DNA of 64,000 bases from Octopus vulgaris (lineage: Eukaryota): contig OX597835.1 of NCBI GenBank assembly GCA_951406725.2, positions 22,258,001-22,322,000 on the forward strand, given 5' to 3'. Numbering within the stretch: the first letter of the stretch is position 1; each line of letters begins with the position of its first letter. The position numbers were made by a program, and so were the translations under genes. The notes beneath the pieces were generated by a model. The model was not told the origin of the DNA. It did not search any database and saw nothing but the letters and a program-made list of their open reading frames with translations. Positions 55,392 to 64,000 of the stretch are shown here, piece after piece.

Positions 55392-55761
55392 GCAATAACC
55401 CACTACTAAATGACAATCACAATAGAGGAGTAGAAGAGAGTACATATGAAGAGAGGAAGTGACATTTTCAGTAGCATAATCAGAAGCAGTGAAATGTGTG
55501 ATGTAACGAGAAGGGGTCGGAAATGAAGGGGTTTTCTGTGACGACCGTTGACGCGTGGGCGTCAGTTACGTCAACCCCCTCTAAATGTCTACGTAAGTGC
55601 ATCCTGTCACAAAGCTCTCGATAGACCTGTCTGCAATAGCAGGAAGTAGATTACACCAGCGTTCCCCGACAATTTCTGCACCACTGAGCGGTTTCATGAA
55701 AGACAACTTGTTCCACGCGCACAACAAAGCACAATAAAGAACAATAATATAATTTTTATAT

Positions 55762-55981
55762 ACTCTTTTACTTGTTTCAATCATTTGACTGTGGCCATAC
55801 TGGAGCACCGCCTTTTTAATCGAGCAAATCGACCCCGGGACATTATTCTTTGTAAGCCTAGTACTTATTCTATCGGTGTCTTTTGCCGAACCGCTAAGTA
55901 ACGGGGACGTAAACATACCAGCATCGGTTGTCAAGTGATGTTGGTGAGACAAACACAGACACACAAACACACACACACATA

Positions 55982-56029
<48 letters not shown>

Positions 56030-56192
56030 CGACAGGCTTCTTTCAGTTTCCGTCTACCAAATCCACTCACAAGGCTTTGGTCGGCCCGAGGCTATAGTAG
56101 AAAACACTTTCCCAAGGTGCCACGCAGTGGGACTGAACTCGGAACCGTGTAGCTGGTAAGCAAGCTACTTACCACACAGCCACTCCTGCGCC
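55762..56192 (-). mobile_element. SINE family A, full length
   Basis: Family A consensus. Confidence 0.92.
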
Positions 56193-56917
56193 TATATTTA
56201 ATTATTAAATATATGGTACTTCGTATCTAGAAGCAGTTATAATCCAAATCATGTCCGGCTAATTCGATAAACTGCTGCTTAATCCAGTGTAACTTTGTAT
56301 TATTTTTTAATCTTTGAAGAATTACAGATAGATCTCATACATGTTTTTTACAAGTGTATTCCTTGTGTGGATTAGTGGTTAAGGGTGTTGGATTCACAAC
56401 CGTAAGATTGTGGTTTCGATCTCTGAACCTGGCGATTCATTGTGTTCTTGAGCAAAACGCTTCACTTCATGTTGCTTCGCTCCACTCAGTCGTAGAAATG
56501 AATTTAGCCTGGAGAGGGATGCGCTCCACCGGGCTTTCTCGCCCTAGATATACTGCATCACTGCAGCACACCTACGTCCCCTAAGGGGTTAAGGGACTTA
56601 TTAATTGTCAATTGTCTTTACAAATCTAATCCAGTTATACACCTCCAAAGGCTGCCAATTTAGTTCAACTAGAATCTGGGTGTATAATGTCCATTCCAAC
56701 TTCCTTTGGTTCTCTCTCTTCACGCGTAATATGGAATTAAAAACATACCAAATTTTCAAGTCTTTATTTTAATAAATAACACATGCTCCAGCAGGGCCAC
56801 AGTCAAATAACTGAAACAAGTAAAAGAAAAGGCACTGCGTATATCAGTACAAAAAAATACCCAGCAGGTTTCGATAGTCAATAATGTAGAAATAAAATTT
56901 CAAAACCTATTCGTTTT

Positions 56918-56979
56918 TGTGCGGCCCAGTATCAATCGAACCACTGCCCGGTCTGCGGCCCGCTAGTTGACGATTCCTG
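56918..56979 (-). mobile_element. hAT/Charlie-like terminal fragment
   Basis: Minus strand caggaatcgtcaactagcgggccgcagaccgg..ctgggccgcaca resembles MER1-type termini (from memory). Confidence 0.45.
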
Positions 56980-57439
56980 AATTACGCAATACAATGTAAT
57001 AAATTTTCGACCGTAAGCAGAGGCAGCACTGTAAAACTGCCCAAAGTTTCGTTGTCCCACGCTTGCCTCTTCTTTCGCCGGCTTTCCCCACTGTACATCC
57101 TTCGATACATTGTGGAGCAGGAAGGTCTCACGGTCTCGGTCGCCCAAACATACATCCAACTGGAATATGTTTTAATGCCAGACAAGGTGGTCTCTGATTT
57201 TCTGCTCGTGGGAACTGGAAGTGGGGAACACTCTTTAGCTTCTCGATCTGCACCAAATAGCAACCAAATTTTCATCAAATCCTCCTTTTCCTCCCCTTTT
57301 CCCCCTTTCCCCCTTTTGCGTTATCCCTTTCAATGGGTCCGCTTTTAAAGAGAGAAACAGAGTGTATGTTTGTATATGTGTGCATATGTGTGTGTGTGCG
57401 TGCATATGCGTGTGTGTGTGTCTGTATATACATACATAC

Positions 57440-57499
<60 letters not shown>

Positions 57500-57530
57500 A
57501 TATTTCGGAATGGTCATTTTGCCAGTTTAG

Positions 57531-57594
<64 letters not shown>

Positions 57595-57771
57595 TTGGGT
57601 TGATAGACAAACATACAGACTGAGATATGTTTTATAAAAATGTTGAGTCCGACAAAATGCATTCTGTTTCGTTCGCGAACACATTAGTTGTCTTGCCATT
57701 TTTCCTCGAACAGAAAATCCAAGTATATCTGGGGTGCAGAGTAGTGTAGGTGCGTGCGTGCGTGTGTATAT

Positions 57772-57862
<91 letters not shown>

Positions 57863-58627
57863 AACACACACATACAACGGTCTTCTTCGCAGTTTCTCTC
57901 TATACTAAATACTACGGAGAGGGGTATTGGTTAACTCAAGTGATTAATTACAGTTGAAGATTACATTTTTTTTTTTGCATGGTATCGTGAAGCAGACTCA
58001 AGCCTGCAACCATCGCCATGTGGTTTCCAAGCGATTTTCTCCATTAAATTGCCCATGCGCCCTTAGTTGGAAAATTCGAGAAAACTGCGAGACATGTAGC
58101 ACAGAACAGAAGATCTCTGTTGTTATAGCAACACTGGGAGTTTACAACGGAACAGATGTTCAAGAGATTTACTCTGGGGGAGAACGTTGTAATTGAGACA
58201 TTAACGATAGAGTTACAGAAAATTGTCTTTCTGTTACAATCCATTTCTGTGCAAATTTCTTACTAGTTTCGGAGAACCGTTGTCACGATATTCTCAAGAC
58301 GTTAATCTGTTGATAATATCAGCGTGGAACTTTATTGTAAAAACAATATGTGAATGGAAGAGAGAGAGAGAGAGGGTGGGGTGGGGTGATGGGAAAGAGC
58401 TGCTAATGATATGGTAAGTTTGATGTTGTGGGGAAATGAAAGCATGTGCAATGCAGACGTTGGTTTGGGCCATGGCCGATATGTTACCATTTAGTACTCC
58501 CCATGCGGTCGTTAATGAGTTTGGAAATAAATATTTGTTTATAAGATTACGAAGAAGGAATTACTCATGAAATTTTAAAATCTACTGTGCAAAGGAAGAC
58601 GATGTTTGATATATGCGTGTGAGTGTA

Positions 58628-58675
<48 letters not shown>

Positions 58676-58803
58676 TGATGTCGAGCTCCCAAAAAAAAAA
58701 ATATATATATACATGTATATATATATATATATACATGTATACATACATATATGTGTGTGTGCGTGTATATGTGTGTGTGTATGTGTGTGTATGTGCGTGC
58801 ATA

Positions 58804-58880
<77 letters not shown>

Positions 58881-58889
58881 ATATATGTA

Positions 58890-58959
<70 letters not shown>

Positions 58960-58973
<14 letters not shown>

Positions 58974-59200
58974 TGAGAATGTGTCTGTCTGTCTGTGTGT
59001 TTCCCTAAAACTTGAAAACTACACAACCAATTTCATTCAAATTTTACTCATGCCTTACTTAGGATCCATGTAGTCTCATGGGCAAAAAAAATGTTCAACT
59101 TCTTGCGTAGGGCGAGCCCATAGCAATATCATATCTTCTCCATTATTTCAGTATTACGTGTTAAAAGTGAAACAAAAACATTTCTCTATTTTATATCAGA
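58960..59200 (+). mobile_element. Non-autonomous Helitron-like 5' segment
   Basis: tatatataaaa..(gtct)n..aaaactacacaaccaatttcattcaaattt, a layout typical of invertebrate Helitron 5' ends. Confidence 0.45.
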
Positions 59201-59737
59201 TACTCTTTACTCTTTTACTCTTTTACTTGTTTCAGTCATTTTGACTGCGGCCATGCTGGTGAACCGCCTTTAACAAAAAAAAAATTAGAGATAATAATAA
59301 CAATTGAATTTATATGTAGGGAAACGTTGTTGTGTTGCATTTCTTAAATAATTGTAAACCGTAACACTCCCCCTTTGGGAGAAGGAGCTTTGGTTATTGT
59401 TTAAAAATTGAATTGTGTCCCTGTTTGGGGAAATTGACAATATTTTCACCGTTTATATGGAAGCATTTTTGTTAAAATGCTTTCGATAGAAGAAAGTCCA
59501 AAAATGAATTTCGTTCCAGCCGTCGGCGGGCGCGAACTCATTAAAATTAAAATGGAAGAAATACAAACCTATTTCGGATTGATTACCGACAAAGACGGTG
59601 AATCTAGGATAACACCACCAAACGAAATAAAAAATTAAATTAAACGCACATATATATACATACACACACATAAGCGACGTACACTTATATTACACACGAA
59701 TACGTCTATATACATGTATGCATTCACATATACATAC

Positions 59738-59780
<43 letters not shown>

Positions 59781-60123
59781 TATGTACATACCATATCGTA
59801 TATATATGTGCATATATACACATACGCAAAGATAAAACTACGTACACAAATATATAATCATGAGTACGTTCATACACACATATATGCATTCATATATACG
59901 CATGCAAACACACAGATATTGACATATATATATATACTGACGGATGCACATAGACATGTACACATTCATACACACGTGTATATACACCTATGCATATCAC
60001 GCAAAACATGGACACATATATACACACACGCGCACTCACACACATACACTCACACATATATGCACGCGCACCCTCACACATACACCCACATATAACATAT
60101 ATACTCACACGCTCATATATGCG

Positions 60124-60159
<36 letters not shown>

Positions 60160-60609
60160 CCCCCACACACACACACACACAGAGTGACCAAGCCAACTGC
60201 GTCGTTGTATACTGAATCTTGTGATGTAATTAGTGGAGGATGGTGGTGTCACCTGCCAAAGAATGCAGGTGGGGGGGGGGGGGCGTTAGGGTGGGGAAGA
60301 GAGAGGAAAAGATAAAAAGAGAGAGAGAGAGAGAGAAAAGAGGGAGTGAGTGAGAGAAAGGTAAAGGGCAAGGCAGAGATAAAAGGCGAAGGCGGAGGTG
60401 GAGACAGAGAGAGAAAGAGCGGGGGGGGGGAGGGAGGAAGAGAGAGAGAGGGGGGGAGGGTGAAAGAGAGAGAGAGAGAGAGAAGAGGTAAGAGAGAGAC
60501 CGAAAGGAAGTTGGACTGGACATTATACACCCAGAATCTAGTTGAACTAAATTGGCTGCGTTTGGAGGTGTATAGTTACATAATACATATGTACATGTGA
60601 GTATGTATG

Positions 60610-60644
<35 letters not shown>

Positions 60645-60755
60645 GGGGAGAGGGGGGAGAGAGAGGAAAAGGGGACGGAGAGAATATCATATCTGCATCA
60701 AATTACTTTTACTGAACTTATATGCGTGCAACTAATATGCAACTAATATGCGTGC

Positions 60756-60847
<92 letters not shown>

Positions 60848-61462
60848 GCATACATACATGTACATATATGTAAATAGATGTACATAGATGTACGTAAATA
60901 TATATGCATACATCTACACATATGTGTGTGTGTGTGTGTGTGTATGCCTGTACATGTATACGTTTATGTGTGGGTATATGTATACAAATATGTTTGTATG
61001 TGTGCATAGATGACTATGTGTGTGTGTGTGTGTGTGTGTGTGTTTGTGTGTGTGTGCGTGTTTGTGTGTATCATTTCGTCTGGGCATAGCGATACTAATA
61101 ACCGGTAAATTAAAACCCAATATACTTCTGCATGCGAGTAAAGTATCAGGTGAAGAATGCACAACGTGATATCACTCAATGAATGACAACAGAATAGGAG
61201 TCACACATAAGTACATTGATTAGCTTTCAGCTGTTTCTGCTACAGGAAAGAAAGCACTGAGAGTTGAGCGCTTGTGCAACGTCTGACGCCCATTGCTTTG
61301 TTTTTTTGTTTGTATCGCGCCGTTTATGCATACGAGTGGATGTATTTTGGTCGCCGTCATGAAAATGTTTTTATATTGTCCGACGAGTCCTCGTCGGCGA
61401 AATCTCAAATTCACAATTTCAGTCTAACACATGCATATATATATAGAGAGACAGATAGAAAT

Positions 61463-61536
<74 letters not shown>

Positions 61537-61561
61537 GTAGGTAGGTAGGTAGGTAGGTAGG

Positions 61562-61624
<63 letters not shown>

Positions 61625-61645
61625 GTAGGTAGGTAGGTAGGTAGG

Positions 61646-61762
<117 letters not shown>

Positions 61763-61974
61763 TGAGACATACATATACACATACACAAAGATTTATACAC
61801 ATACACGCCAGGATCTGCATCAATTCACACTTCTAAACCGTCCACTCTTGATAAAGGACCTTTGTGCCAGAAATATAAAGCTACTCAATTCATCCTTTCG
61901 CATTGTTGGAAGCTCTCGTTTGTTATTTGTTATTTTACTTCTGTATCAAAATGCTTCAAGGAAGCTACAATGCT

Positions 61975-62272
61975 CTTTGCCTTTCATCCTTCCGGGGTCG
62001 ATAAATTAAGTACCAGTTACGCACTGGAGTCGATGTAATCGACTTAATCCGTTTGTCTGTCCTTGTTTGTCCCCTCTATGTGTAGCCTCTTGTGGTCAGT
62101 AAAGAAATAGGTATTTCGTCTGCCATTACGTTCTGAGTTCAAACTCTGCCGAGGTCGGGGTCAATAAAAACATGTACCAGTTACGCATTGGGGGTCGATG
62201 TAATCGACTTAATCCCTTTGTCTGTCCTCGTTTGTCCCCTCTATGTTTAGTCCCCTGTGGGTAATAAAATAA
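61975..62272 (+). mobile_element. SINE family C tandem body/tail fragment
   Basis: Same tail-then-second-body junction (aaagaaataggtatttcg) as 48085-48483. Confidence 0.85.
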
Positions 62273-62424
62273 TAAATAAACATACATACGCTAGCGCGCG
62301 TATTCATACAAATTCGTTCGAGTGAATGACTTAATATATAAGTGTACAAAGAAGTTGTGTAGAGAGAGGAAATGACAAATTGAGAAACGGAAAGGAATGG
62401 GGGGAAGGAAGGGGAGAGAAAGAT

Positions 62425-62745
62425 GAAACAGAAGAACAGGAGGTGATGATCAACCAGATCGATACGACAGTCACACACAGCAGCCATTGAAACCAAGGAC
62501 TTGCGGACTGGAAGATTGTCCCGATGAAGCAAGACCCATTTCGTCAGTTTTCTCGCGCGTTTGGGCTTGCCAGCGTTTCATAACTAGCTCACCAAGTCTG
62601 CAGAGTACTCTCTATTGGCGATGTGGCCATTTTGAAGATAATCAATAAACCACAGTGCCCTTTCCATCTCAAAAAACCTGAGCCCATCACCTTTCCTGCA
62701 GAGGAAGCGACCTTGGCCTTCTTTGGAACTTGTGAGGAGGGATAT
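62425..62745 (-). pseudogene. Mariner (Tc1/mariner) transposase catalytic-domain relic
   Basis: With frameshifts and stops: PKKAKVASSAGKVMGSGF..IDYLQNGHIANREYSADL..KRARKLTKWVLLHRDNLPVRKSLVSMAAVCDCRIDLVDH, matching mariner KVMxxVFWD..FHxDNAPxH..HPPYSPDL. Confidence 0.85.
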
Positions 62746-62752
62746 TTCGACG

Positions 62753-62822
<70 letters not shown>

Positions 62823-63212
62823 CACGAGCTATCGTCGTTGTTATTGGAAATAATTAAGAATGACGGCTGAGACGTTTCTTAAGTGTCATTAGCTATCGCC
62901 TTAAATTACTGAATGGTGGCGGGATGAGGAAGACAGAGGAGAAAAAAAAAAGAAGAAGAAGAAGAAGAAGAAGAAGAAGAAGAAGAAGAAGAAGAAGAAG
63001 AAAAAGAAGAAGAAGAAGAAGAAGAAGAAGAAGAAGAAGAAGAAGAAGAAGAAGAAGAAGAAGAAGAAGAAGAAGAAGAAGAAGAAGAAGAAGAAGAAAA
63101 AGAAGAAGAAGAAGAATCACCACTTGAAAACATGCTTTCATTTAAATACATTTTCTATTTTTTAAGCTCCTTAAACTCTATTAATTAAATGTTTACCAAA
63201 CACATGTCAACA

Positions 63213-63261
<49 letters not shown>

Positions 63262-63284
63262 AGTATGTATATATATATATATAT

Positions 63285-63457
<173 letters not shown>

Positions 63458-63588
63458 AATACTAAGTAATTAAGGGTTTAGCAACGATTTGCCAAACTTT
63501 CCTCGAATGGGGCTTTTACATGCCGAAATCTACTTGGTGAAATTAATGATTATTCCAAATTAATTAATTTCACCTATATTATTACTGA

Positions 63589-63626
<38 letters not shown>

Positions 63627-63907
63627 CGCTGAGGCATTGCGATGCCAATGACCTATTGTATGTATGTATGTATGTATGTATGTATGTATGTATGTGTGTA
63701 TGTATGTATATATATATATATATATACTTTTATTTGTATATAGATATGCTTTTATATGTGTGTGTGTCTATATGTGTGTGTTTGTGTGTGTATGTGTGTG
63801 TATTATTCTTAAACAAGAATATCATTAACAGTGACATCGAAGTTCTATCCCATTACACCTGAACGCACGCACGCATACACACACGCACACCCACACCCAC
63901 ACACACA

Positions 63908-64000
63908 CAGAGGCGAACCCAAGGGGGAGCCTGATGGGCACGTGCCGCCCCCTCTAGAAAAGAAGTGCGCGTTTCTAGATAATGTTATTACACTCTTTTA
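63908..64000 (+). mobile_element. Possible DNA-transposon terminal (CAG(A/G)GGCG-type TIR)
   Basis: cagaggcgaacccaaggggg..cacgtgccgccccct; the other end is outside the window. Confidence 0.3.

Noticed and set aside
56982-57348. Overlapping 98-aa ORFs in complex sequence
   Set aside because: No recognisable motif or convincing splice signals; left unannotated.
57955-58120. Possible Tc1-like N-terminal HTH relic (WYREADS..LVGKFEKT)
   Set aside because: Similarity is too short and degenerate to support without a profile search.
61375-61418. attgt CCGACGA gtc..ggc GAAA ... TC acaat hammerhead-like motif
   Set aside because: Core mutated, stem III unpaired and a competing perfect hairpin (ccgacgag/ctcgtcgg); too ambiguous to count.
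62586-62632. Apparent first exon aaaATGGCC...TTG|GTGAG on the minus strand (MATSPIESTLQT)
   Set aside because: It lies inside the mariner transposase relic; another frame gives IDYLQNGHIANREY.

Overview
Eukaryotic, repeat-saturated non-coding DNA with no supportable host protein-coding gene. The microsatellite density and SINE families suggest an octopus (coleoid cephalopod) genome; this is an inference. Nearly all listed ORFs are microsatellite artefacts. The real content is as follows. (1) About 40 tRNA-derived SINE copies or fragments from about five modular families, labelled A-E here. (2) Decayed 3' fragments of RTE-type and CR1/L2-type LINEs; two share their 3' tails with local SINEs and one shows twin-priming inversion geometry. 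(3) A mariner transposase relic, a TTAA-flanked piggyBac-like MITE, and hAT- and Helitron-like ends. (4) The most notable signal: at least 13 type I minimal hammerhead-ribozyme motifs, read by eye, in short Penelope-like insertions that are often (TA)n-flanked or fold-back. These include core variants where the C3-G8 pair is replaced by U3-A8 or A3-U8, and paralogs with covarying stems. Family names are from memory and no database search or folding program was run.
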